64,000 bases of DNA from Octopus bimaculoides (taxonomy: Eukaryota). Under the pieces are notes generated by a model. The model made no database searches. It was not told the DNA's origin and saw only the letters and a list, made by a program, of their open reading frames with translations. Both the position numbers and the translations under genes were made by a program. Location: NCBI RefSeq assembly GCF_001194135.2, contig NC_068981.1:132273445-132337444 (forward strand), in the 5' to 3' direction. Of this stretch, positions 26,667 to 39,500 are shown piece by piece (within the stretch, counting starts at the first letter, position 1; every line of letters starts with the position of its first letter).

Positions 26667-27874
26667 CACTGAATAAATGTTTATGCTATATACATTTGTT
26701 TAATTAAAACATCACAACAATCTTGTAAACTTGCAATTTTCATTTCAAAATTATTATATAGGTTCTATATCTACATTAATTGATATAGTCATTGAAGACA
26801 TTTGTCTACGTTGCATATGAAGATGTTCTAGTAGTTGATTTTATTTTTAATAGTTAAAAAAAAAATGGGGTCAAGAAATAACCTTGAAGCTACTCCGCCT
26901 TTCTTTCTAAAGTTTGTTATTTAAAGCATTGGCTTGATCTGTGTGTATGTCTGTTAACGCTGTGTTTAATCTTGGAGATGATGAAAGTTGAATGGAAATA
27001 TCATAAATAAAGCAGAAGGCCAAATCTCTTTCAGCTATGCTGTGCCTTTGTTATTGGGAAGGCCTTCCTTTTAAAACACACAAACACACACACATACCCT
27101 ATCACAAATCCAGCCTAAACTAAACCCTGTTACTACAGAAGTAATCTTCTTGTAACCCTCTATCTGGCACTCTAACAAAAGGTTCCTTTCCCAAAGAGCT
27201 ATGTTTGCTGCTTGCTTTAATAATATCTCTGTGTCAACAGTGGTGGCCTATGATGACAAGGTTCCGAAAATCGAAATAGCCGAGACTCCATTGTGTTTAT
27301 TTACATTTTACAAGTAATAATTTTTTTTGTTTTATTTTTTGAAATATTCCCTCTAACTTCAGTTGCATTTTCTGGCCAAAACTGTTTATAACCTTGAACA
27401 GAAATAAGTTAAATAAACACGACATTTTTTTTCATCCCTTTTTCCTCTCTCTTTTACTATTTTTTATCACAATACTTGTAAAGGTAATGTAAGTCATTGC
27501 TTCAATCAGTTCCTGATTTGGAATAGCAGACATGAAACCAATTGTCTTTTGTCTCAGTAAGTTGATGACAGTTATAGTTAAAACCCATTTCTTACCTATT
27601 TTTCTCTTGCAATAATGACTTACTGCACTAATTATTTTCTTCTTTATCAATTCTTCCTTAATTCTCATCTCTTTCAAGCATTTATATATATATATATATA
27701 TGTAGTCTATTTCTAGCATATTAAATGTTCACTTTACTGGTCAACATTATATATATAAAAATATACCTTAATCCCCTAAGATCTCAGATATTTTTTCTGA
27801 ATCTCTCAGATTCTTTCAATGTGCTAGCTTCCTGGTAATAAATCGATATTAATTAATATCTGATTTTTACCCTA

Positions 27875-27919
<45 letters not shown>

Positions 27920-29242
27920 TATATGTATACATTTAGTGTTATAGCTTGCGAAAAAGAGTATTCAGTATCATTGTAGAGATTAATAATATATTTTATTTTG
28001 GTTGATTTAGTCTCTTGCTACTATGACATTAGTTTCATCTGTGGGTGCACAAGATTTTCAGTTATGTCATAAGTTGCCTGAAGATCCAATGCACCCACAG
28101 GTGAGACTGACTTGACCAAAATGAAATATATATTTACCTTTCATTTATCGAAAATTTTGCAAAATTGCATAATTTCTCTGGAGTTGTGGTTTTCTTTTTT
28201 TCTTCTTATCATTTTGCACATATATTTTGCCATGTGTTTTAATAATGTTTGCTAATCACAATAATGAATGCTGCTGTCTTAGACATTTATCTGTAACATT
28301 CTGTATTAGCTGCTGTGACAATTTCATATTACATGTGAAAAATTACATAAACATTATAGTTATTTTTCCAGGAGCCTTTAAAATACTATTGTGGGTCCCC
28401 AATTTACTATTTTGTTGCATGCCCCCACCCCACCAAATCTTATATGGTCCATCATGGGCCATATGGACCTTGGTTGAGGACTACTGCACTAGAGTAATAT
28501 TCTTTGAAAGAAGCATGTCATGATTGAGCTTGATTTGAAACCATTTGATTGAGTACCCCCCATTAGTCACTGCATCATATTTTTACTAGAAAAAAAATCC
28601 TTTATGCAGTGGAAAGTGAATATGAAAATATCAGGCCACAAAATAATATTTTAAAATGTGTGAAAAATTTGATTTGCCTTGTGAACTAAAATGGCTTTTC
28701 TTTACTTTAATATTTGAAAAAACAAAAAGCAAAAAAAAAAAAAAATACCATTATGCTTGAGTGAATGTATATGCATGCACATTGTTGTGTGTATATTTCA
28801 TGTAAGGGATAAGTTGATTACATCGACCCCAGAACTCAACTGGTACTTATTTCATCAACCCCAAAATGATAAATGATAAAGTTGACCTCAGTGGTATTTG
28901 AACACAGAACATAAAGACAGATGAAATGCCACTAAGCATTTTGCCTGGTGTGCTCACGGTTCTGCCAGCTTGCTGCCTTCACAATTTAAATAATATTAAA
29001 AATGAACTTGAATTGATAATTTCTTTTATCTTTTACTTGTTTTAGTCATTGAACTGTGGCCATGCTGGGGTACCACCTTGAAGGGTTTAGTTGAACAAAT
29101 CAACTTCAGTACTTTTTTTTTTTAAAGGCTGGTACTACTTATTATATCAATCCCTTTTTACAAACTTCTAAATTATGGAGTTGTAAACAAACCAGCACCA
29201 GTTGTCAAGCAGTAGTGAGGAACAAACACGATGACAAATATG

Positions 29243-29290
<48 letters not shown>

Positions 29291-32200
29291 CAGCTAATAT
29301 AATATAATAATACCATAAAGGAAAAATGTTATCATCACTAATTGTGACTGAGGGTGCCGAAACACCTACATTGCAAGAAATATGAGTTAAAAACTCTTAA
29401 TGCTGTAAAAAGTACGCAATATATATATACTGACAAGGGAGATAGCCACCCCATGAGCGTCTCTAGGATTACTAGACTTGACTAGTTTCAGCTATCAGTT
29501 GTAGGCTCATCAGTAGTGGACAGGTTCCTTTCAGTTTCCATCTACCAAATCCACTCACAAGGCTTTGGTTGGCTTGGAGCTATTGCCCAAGATGCTGCAC
29601 AATGGGACTGAACCTAAACCCATGTGGTTGGGCAGTAAACTTCTTACCAGACAGCTACAAATATAATGGCCATCATTCTGTTTGTTATTTGTTTATTGCT
29701 AGGTATTGTTATTTTTATGTTCATCTTTCTTGAGAGGATTATACTGTGGCTGCAGGTAAGCTGGAAGAAACAAATGAAAGCAAACACAAAATCTGGCAAT
29801 ATGCCTTGAACTTTTGTTGAATTTATTTATTTTGAGACTGGCTCAGTGTTGAAAGGATAAGATAAATCCAATAGAGAGAGACATTAGGGAGTAACAATGT
29901 GTTAAATATACACAACACAAATCACAGTTTTGAGAAATGTTAATGCAATATTCAAGTTAGCTCTTTGTGAGGGAGGAAACTATTTTGGCATAGGGTTTAG
30001 TATAATTCTATGTCAAATAATCTGCTTTTGAGATAAATTGCATTTTTAAATAGTTTAACAAATAGCTTAACATCATTGTATTACTTTTACACATACCTTA
30101 TCTATTATTGTTTTATTTTTTTTTTTTTTGAATTTAACTTAGGAAATAAAAAATTTATTTATGTCTAAATTGTCGACTTCATCTTCATCATCACCATTTA
30201 ACATCCATGTTCCATACTGGCATAGGTTGGATGGTTTGTCAGCAACTGATGTATCCAAAGACCACATTGTGTTCCAGTGTCTGTGTTGGCATAGGTGCTA
30301 CAGCTGGATGCCCTCCCTAATACTAACTTTACACTTTACAGCATGTACTAGATGCTTTTATCATGTCACTGGTAATAGTAAGGTTGCCATGCAGCTTGCT
30401 AGAGTACAAAATTCCTGGTAAGATGAGTGGGGGTTGGCAGAATTTATACAAGAAGATGAGGTTAAGACATCTATATACTTTTAAAGATGCTATGGTAGAC
30501 TTCAACTGCAACTTTAAATTGTAGATCTAAAATTTAAGAGGCTGATTTATCACATTGTTTTATAATTTGGGAGGATTTTATATAATTTCTTACATAAACG
30601 GTAGGTAATCAAGATAAAAATATCCATCATTAATTTTAAATAAATGAATATGTGTATTTTTTCATATTTGGACTTTAAATTATGTTTCATTGAATTTGTT
30701 TAAGTTTTTGTCTTTAACACATTTTCTTATAAGTTATTGTTTTTTTCTTATATATTTTAGACTTCCAAGAATCTGAGACTGATGTTGACTTCATTGAAAC
30801 AAGCCCATCATCTTCAACTAAATCGTCTGATATGTTTTTCAATTCAATATCATCTTCATCAAACGATGGTGGTCAGTTGTCTGATTTGGACTCTTCTGGA
30901 GTTCACAGTGGTAGTTTTTCAGTAAGTAGCTCACCAAAAGTGAATAATAGCAAAGATTCTGATAGAGATTCAGGGCGCCTCTCCATACCTGATTCTGCCA
31001 GTGAATATTCTTTGACTGAAACAATATCAGCATGGGATATTTCAATGCCATCAGTCTCACCAGTTACTTCACATTTAAATCTACATTACTCGGAAGATGA
31101 TTTGAGCAAATATGAAGACAAATCAGGTAAAAAAGACAAGATTCGTTCAAGGAAAGACAAAATCATGATGTCTATTAAAACTTTTAAGAAGAAGATTATG
31201 AAATTGTCAAAAACTAACCGAGAACCTGGAGATGAAACAGATACTTCGAAGCCTTCTGAGGAATCATTATATCAGTGGGTAGTGGTAAGTAAGCTATTTG
31301 TAATTATTCTTTTATTAGTTTTAATCATTTGACTGCAGCCATGCTGGAGCACTGCCTTGAAGGGTTTAGTTGAACAAATCAATCCCACGACTTATTTTTA
31401 AAGCTTTGTAGTTATTTTATCGATCTCATTTGCCAAACTGCTAAGTTACAGGGATATAAACACTTCAACATTGGTTGTGAAGCAGTGATGGGGCACAAAA
31501 TAAAGACACAAACACACATACACACATGATGGGCTTCTTTCAGTTTCCACCTGCCAATTCCACTCACAAGGCTGCAGTAAACCCAGGTGTTACACAGTTA
31601 CATTGTAGAACTGAACCTAGAGCCATGTGATTGGGAAGCAAACTTTTTACTACACAACCACACCTGTGGCTATGCAGCCACACTTAGAATAGTTATGTAT
31701 ATAACTGTTTGCTTTTTTTATATTTCAGGATACTCTGTCACAACTAGATAATGGAGGTAGTAATTCTGATAATGAGCAAAAGGTAATTAACATTGCATAA
31801 ATATTTTTCTTTAATTTCATGAAATGCTTTCCTAAACCAGTTTTACTTGAATTAACTCTAGAAAATATATGTTATTAAACTTAGTCTTCTCTTCATTATC
31901 CAATGAAACCAGTGTTATTCCTCTATGCAATTGTTACTCTATAATGAGAAGGCATACATTTTTTTCTTTTTTTTTTTACTGGTTTCAGTGGGTAATCTCC
32001 AGCTGAGCTGAAGATCCATATCCAAGGGTTTTACACTTTGCCTGTCCAAAGCATTTTCATAAGCTTGTGTCTAAATGCCCATGCTAGGTTTTCAGACAGT
32101 TAGCTAGACCTTGATTCCTACGTTTTGAGTAACTTAAAGATTTCCTTTCATAAGTTCCAAGTTATTCTGGTGGTTGAAAAAAGATTGAGAATGTTTATCA

Positions 32201-33470
32201 TATTATGATGTATGGTTGCATCATATGTCCTGTGTATCACATGTGACACACTGGACAAGCAAAGTTGTGTCACCTGGTTGAGGGTGATACAATGCACCCA
32301 GGAAACATCAAGGCACCCCAGAAAACATTGCTGATGATGTGTCCAGATGCATCACAGTGATGTACAGAAAAACAGATATACAAAATTAAATTTTTATTAA
32401 ACCATTTTACTTTTACATTGTGTTGCTCTACTAGAATAATTGATGGTTTTGCTTTGGTTTATTTGTTTTTTTCTTAGATGCTCTCTCGCTCTACTAATGT
32501 TGTACCAATATACATTGAATGTCTGAAAAAATGCATTGAGAAGAATCTACTTTCTTGTTCCACATCTGATGTATACTCAGCTACTCAGTTTGAGAAATTC
32601 AAAGGCTCTCTTAATGAAATCAATCCAATTTCCTATGTTCTTCAAAAGCTTAAAGGCGACTTGCGTATAGCAGAAGAAAAGTAAGTAGAAATTTATATAA
32701 CAAAATTTATTCACTCATTACATGTTCCTGTTAATCATTGACAAAGACTATTTTCTGTTTCTTCGCTAACAGAGTTCTTAAGCATGTTTAACCCTTTAGC
32801 ATTTAAACCAGCCATATCCAGCCAAAATATTCTTCCTGTTTTATGTTCAAACTGGCCACATCCAGTCTCTCACACCTATCCTTCAATGTTGGTCTAAAAA
32901 ATATACACATAATCGAATCAAACACAACATGAACATTTGCTTTGCAGTGTTGACTTTAAATTTCTATCAGCTTAACAACTTAATATCATAGTTGGTGTTT
33001 TTTTTTGTTTTTTTTTAAATTTAGACTGAGTTTTTGTTACTCATTCTAGAAGCTTCTAACTCATTTTCACTTTTTGAATCATTCAATGGCTTTGAAATCT
33101 AATCTAAACTCTGACCCTAAAAGTTCTGTTTTAAGGATACTTCTGAAAGGTATGTCAGTGACTAAAAATTATTTCCTGATAGAATGCTCTAAGAACTGTC
33201 ATGTGTGTCTGCCTAACTGTCTATCTGGTTGGCTGTTTAGTCTCATTATCTCATTCTTTCTCTCTTCTCTCAACATTTATNNNNNNNNNNNNNNNNNNNN
33301 NNNNNNNNNNNNNNNNNNNNNNNNNNNNNNNNNNNNNNNNNNNNNNNNNNNNNNNNNNNNNNNNNNNNNNNNNNNNNNNNNNNNNNNNNNNNNNNNNNNN
33401 NNNNNNNNNNNNNNNNNNNNNNNNNNNNNNNNNNNNNNNNNNNNNNNNNNNNNNNNNNNNNNNNNNNNNN

Positions 33471-33507
<37 letters not shown>

Positions 33508-36500
33508 ATATCTATATCCTCACTCATACACATATAATTATTTGTGTTGTGTTTCTTTTGCAGTTTTGTTCTTGAATACATTAATAAGCCCAACAGAGGA
33601 ATGATTTTGATGGTTCATTTGCTACAAGACATCCAAGTGGCTGGAATGTCTCTATCAGAAACAGCCTCTTTAATGGCAAACCAAGGACTCATGTATGATG
33701 AATATCAACAACAACTGGTATGTGAGAACTTCTTGAACTTTCAGACCATATCGCTGAAGTTAAACTGAAATTACTTCTAAACCTGTCTCTTATTATTTCT
33801 GTTCTTTGCAAGGTGGCAAACTGGCAGAATCATTAGTGACATTTCATCTGTCCTTACATTCTGAGTTCAATTTCTGCTGAGGTCAACTTTGCCTTTCATC
33901 CTTTTGGGGTTGATGAATTAAGTACCAGTTACGCACTGGTGTCAATGTAGTCAACTTGCCCCCTCCCACTAATTTTCAGGTCCATAGTAGAAAGGATTAT
34001 TTCTGTTGTTTGCTTTACGGCACATCAGCCCATTCTGGACACTTCCTGTAGCCTATCAGTTTTTCTATGAGAGATGGTTGCTAGCTCCTCACTTAACTTT
34101 TCTCAATTTCTTGAGAAAGAGATGCTTTGAGTAATCCCCCCATGGCTTTTCCCACTCTGCAATGGAGTTGATACTGAGAGAGAGAGAGCAAGAAGATAGA
34201 AGAATCAACCTTAGTACTTCACTGGTACTATATTTTATCAACCCCAGAAGAATGAAAGACAAAGTTGACCTCAGTGGCATTTGATCTCACAGTGCAGAGC
34301 TATATCAATACTGCAAGGCAATCTAACACTCTAAATGGCTTTGTCAATTCACTGTCTTCCAAACCTTTTACCAAGTTGGAATAACAAAATGAGTAGCTTT
34401 CTTGTTGCCTCTGCTTTTAATCATAGCTGAATATAACAGTGGTTATGCTGTTTATATTTATGATTTTAATACAAATGTACAAATATAGGTAATAAGCTGT
34501 CAAATTAACCATACAATGTTGAAAAAGATATTTTCAATATCGTTTTAAAATCTGAAGGATGAAATGTTAATTCTGTTCAACATTTCACTGTTGTGTTGAA
34601 ATTTTGCTGGGGTTTTTTTTTTAAGTATTGGTGAACAATTTATCTGTTGTTCCTACCCCTACCTGTTGCAGTAAATATAGCTGACTAGTTCATGTCAACA
34701 TGTTCGTTATTGTTTCTGCCTCTTGTTAAATGTTTTGGTGTTAGTCTTACTTCAAGAAGCAGTGAGGACATAGATAAATAAATAGACATAGAATCAAAAA
34801 AAAAAAAAAAAAGGAAAGGAACATAGAGTTGGGAGTTAGATGCAAAAAGAAAAAAAAGAAAAGATGAGTGTAGTTTTCTTACCATCTTTGTTTTACGTTT
34901 TTTTTCCATTGTTAGCCTTTTGTTTACTTTTTCTGTTTTTCATTCCAACTTTTGTTTTCTTCCTATTTTCCTTTCTTTTTTTCACACGTACTTACGATCT
35001 CTCTCTCTCTCTCTTTCTATTTCTCTCTCCCCTTCTATCTCTCTCACTACCTTCTTTTTAATCTCTAAAATATAATTACTTGATGATCTTGTATGCTAAC
35101 CTATCACTCTCCCTCCCAAACGCCTTGGAGGTGGGTACTGCTAGATATTCTGCTTGTGTTTGCTTGGTTTTTCTGTTGCAATGACGTCAATCTTTCATAG
35201 TTTGACTTGTTTGTGTGTACACGGTGTGAGCTTTTCAACACGAGTGTTTTGTTTCGGTTTTGTTTTCGTGTCTGTTACCCGCATTACTCCTTAAACTTTC
35301 TACTAATACTGCTATTACTCTTACTGTTTAATTATTCATTGATCCGTTCCCATGCTCATACTTGGTAAAATAATTGAGTAAGTAAATTTGTAAGTAGTAA
35401 AAGGCAAAACTACTGCTGTGGTATCATTAAACCTCCTAGTTTACAGATACATTGAATTTATTGATTTCTAGCTTTACATTAAGATCTACAGACTGTAATG
35501 TTTATATGTCTTGTAAATAATCAATAAATAAGTCCTTTCATTTAGGGGTCTAATCAAGTGTTATTTGTCTTGATTGTTGTTGTTATGGTTTAGTTCCAAG
35601 TTAATCCTGATAAAGCAAACCTCTGATCAAAAGCATTATTCCAATAATGACAACCCCCATCGTTTTTGATGGTAGTACCGAACAATGTATTCCTTCCATT
35701 TTTAAGAAAGGAAAGTGTGATTTGAGAGGTTTGGCTGCTACATCTAGCAGGTCATATAACCACTTAGAGGTTCTCTTATTGGCTTTTTTATATGCTTATT
35801 TTTAATTGTGTTGATGGTAGCTGTAGTAGCAGAGTTTAGCATTAAATGTAGAATTTTCTGTGGTGGAAGTTTAAAAGACATTTTTCCTTGTGACTGAGGT
35901 ACCTATTTTATTAATTTAATTCAGTTAAAATGATAACAATATAAGAAATGGTTGGCAGTCATGACCTCATCTCCCTCCTCTAATGTTGAAAATGTTAATT
36001 TATATAATTGACTACAGATAGTAATTAATATAGTTTGTTTGACTATTTCTTTCACCATTATTAACAACATAGATTTCTATGCTGTTAATAAAAAGGTTAA
36101 TTTTTCTTGAGTAAAAAATGTTAGGAGTTCAACACTTCCTATCATTAATATAGAAAGATAATAAGACGAGCAATAATTAATCTCTGAAAATCATTAGCAT
36201 GCTGGGCTAGATGCTGAGTTCAGATACCACCCAGGTTGACTTTGCCTTTCATCTCTTCAAGGTTTGATAAAATAAGTACCAGTTGAACACTTACGGGGGG
36301 GGGGGGGTCAATGTAATTGACTAGCCCCTCCCTCAAACTTGCTGGCCTTGTGCCAAAATTTGAAACTAATATAGAAAGGTAATCTGTAGGACTTAGATCA
36401 GGGAACAAGATACTTTTTAAGTACTAGGCTGAATTGTTAGTTTATAAGAACCTGTATAAGAATTGGTGGGGTGCATCTGTGCTGAGAAAAAAAAAATGTT

Positions 36501-39500
36501 TTATTTTTTTACAAATTCATTGGTAAGCAACTTGCATTAAATTATGGTTTTAATCTTAAGGCTTGAATTGTAACAAAGATAGTGTATTTCTGTTGAAATG
36601 CACTACTTTTGTACTGTTGTTTCAATTCATTTTGAAAATAATAAAGAATTTAGTAAAACAACTTTGTCCTTAGTAGGCTGATATTTGGGGCATAACATGA
36701 AATTCTAACAGAAGGTCTTAATGTTGATCATTATGAAGCAAAAAGTTTAGATCATAGAGCCAAAGGTGGTTTCACACTTGATACAAAGTTTGGTATTAAA
36801 AGGGTTATACCATTTTTTTTTCATATGGGTTTTTGAGACTTTGTCACTTGGCAATTTTAAATTTGAATGCATGCAAAATTTTACCTAGAGGTGGGAAGTT
36901 TATGTTTTTATTTTTCAAAAGAGTGAGTGGATTTGAAACATTGACTGGACTTCGTCTGAAAAATGATAGAGATTGAATTGACAACATCAGCTAGGGCTTC
37001 TATGTTGATGGCAATAAGTTAAATGAGATAAAACAGTTTCTAAAGTTGAAACTAAATAAACTAAATTGGATTCAGATTAACAGAATGGGTGAACAATTTA
37101 ATCAACTGTCTTACTTCATGTAAAATGTTGGACAGTTAAACATTAAAAAAAAAATTACATTTAATCATCATTATTTAATGTCTGTTTTCTATGCTGGCAT
37201 AGGTTGAATGGTTTGACAGGATCCAATGAGCCACAGGGCTGTACCGAGTTCCATTGTTGGCTTTGGCATGGTTTCTGTAGCTGGATGCCCTTCCTAATGC
37301 CAACCACTTTACAATATATACTGGGTGCTTTTCATCATACTACCAATACTGGTGACATTGCCAAGTAATTGCAAGACAAAAAAAAAGAATGGGAAAAATT
37401 TCAGAAAAAAGTTTACTGGCTTCAAGGGTTTAATCAAGCAAATCGATCCCAATACTTATTTTATCAGTCTCTTTTGCCAAACTGCTACATTATGGCGATA
37501 TAAACAAAAACCAATACTGGTTATTGAGTGGTGGTGATGGTGGGGGGCATAAATACAAACACAAAGACACACATATATATGTGAAGGGCTTCCACACAGT
37601 TTCCATGCATCAAATTCACTCAGAAGACATTGGTAGGTCTGGGGTTACAGTACAAGACACTTGCCCAAGGTGCTGAGCTGTAGGACTGAACCTGAAACCA
37701 TGTAGTTGTAAATTTCTGTGAAAAATGCTTTACTATGCAAAGCAATAGGGTAATCTTAACCTTTTCTGTTACAAAACAAGACTCAAAACAACAAAAGTAG
37801 AATTAATGATAACCATAAAATATTAGAAATTTATAAAGTTTAGAAAATGATTAAAATAATCCAAAATGAAAACTTTTTGAATGTCTCAAAATAGTTTCAA
37901 TTAATTTTGAGAAATATTGATTAGCAATCCAAGCAACAATTTTTTCCCACAGTCAATGTTGCTTCATTTTTTTCTGAATTTCAAACACACGGAAATTTTT
38001 TGAGGGTAAAAAGGCAACCACATTCCTTTTCTGTCGAACTGACAACATATCTGCAACATTCTTGTCATACATTAAGTGTGCATGTCTCTTCAATCTTGTA
38101 TTGATACAAACTCAATTGTACCCTTATAGACAAAGTCAAATGGTGGAACTTATTTTAAATGTGATTACAGCTATGCTCAGTAAACAGATCCTAACTCTTT
38201 GACTGTGTAATTAAATTTCATGGTCATTCCCATAATGATCAATGTTAATTATCCACCCAAAAAAATTTAGAATTGATATTTTCTGTTTCTGCAATACTTT
38301 TTCAGTATCTCTTGGAGGTCTGCTGGTACGGTTTTCATATCTACCCCTAAAAGTATTTGATTCTTACTCCATAAAGAGATATTTGAAATATATGAGAAAG
38401 AAATAAAGAAAGTAGATCTGAAAAATTAGTTTTTGTAGAAAGTGTCACTGGGGGTGCCTCCTCTTTTTGTAGCATAATATTTTATCTTTTACTTGTTTCA
38501 GTTATTTGACTATGGTTATGTTGGGACACCACCTTGAAAAAATTTTAGTCGAATGAATTGACCCTAGTAATTAATTTTTTTTTGTTAAGCCTGGTACTTA
38601 TTCTATTATCTGTTTTGCCAAACCACTCAGTTACAGGATGTAAAAACACCAACACCAGTTGTCAAGATGTGGTGGGGAACAAATGCTGACACAAGGGGAC
38701 ACGGAGACACACACATATGATGGGCTTCTTCCTGAGGCTATAGTAGAAGAACTTGCTCAAGATGCCACACAGTGGGACTGAATCCAGAACCATGTGGCTA
38801 GGAAGCAAGCTTCTTACCACACAGCCATGTCTGTGCCTATAAATAATTGCTTTTCAAACCTTATTAGAGTCTCGTTAGAGGCATCTACATGGGGGTAAAA
38901 TTACTTTCTGCAGTTAACAGTAATAAAATGTCTGCTTTCTGCATTCAAAAGGTCTTTTTACTCTCCACAGCATATTCTTACCCACCACCTCTGTCACCTC
39001 CAATCCCCAATTAGATAGAAGACTGACTAAAATGATTTCTCATCACTATTTAAATATTTGTGTCAATTGATTTTATTAATGTTATTAACTATTGTTATAT
39101 TTTCAGGATGATGAACATGACTGTTTGCTGTGTCTCAAGTACATGTTGAGGTTCAAAGTAAGTTGTTGAGCTTTTGTACAGTGTTACATTCAAATTGTAG
39201 AACCATATAACCTTCTTGAAAATTCTTACATCATACACCATACAGTCCAGTTTTTACCATTTTAAAGACACCACTTTTCTCTCTAACTCTTGATTCTATT
39301 ATCTCTTTCAAACTATGTTACTCATCTGAACCCATCTCTTTATTTTGATACTCATATAATTAAACCAGTGGAGTGTGTGTGTATGTGTGTGTGTGTGTGT
39401 GTGCATGTGTGTGCATGTGCACGTGTAGTGGTGTGTGTGAGTAGTAGTAGTAGTAGTAGTAGCAGCAGCAGTAGCTCAACTTGTTAATGCAGTAAACTAA

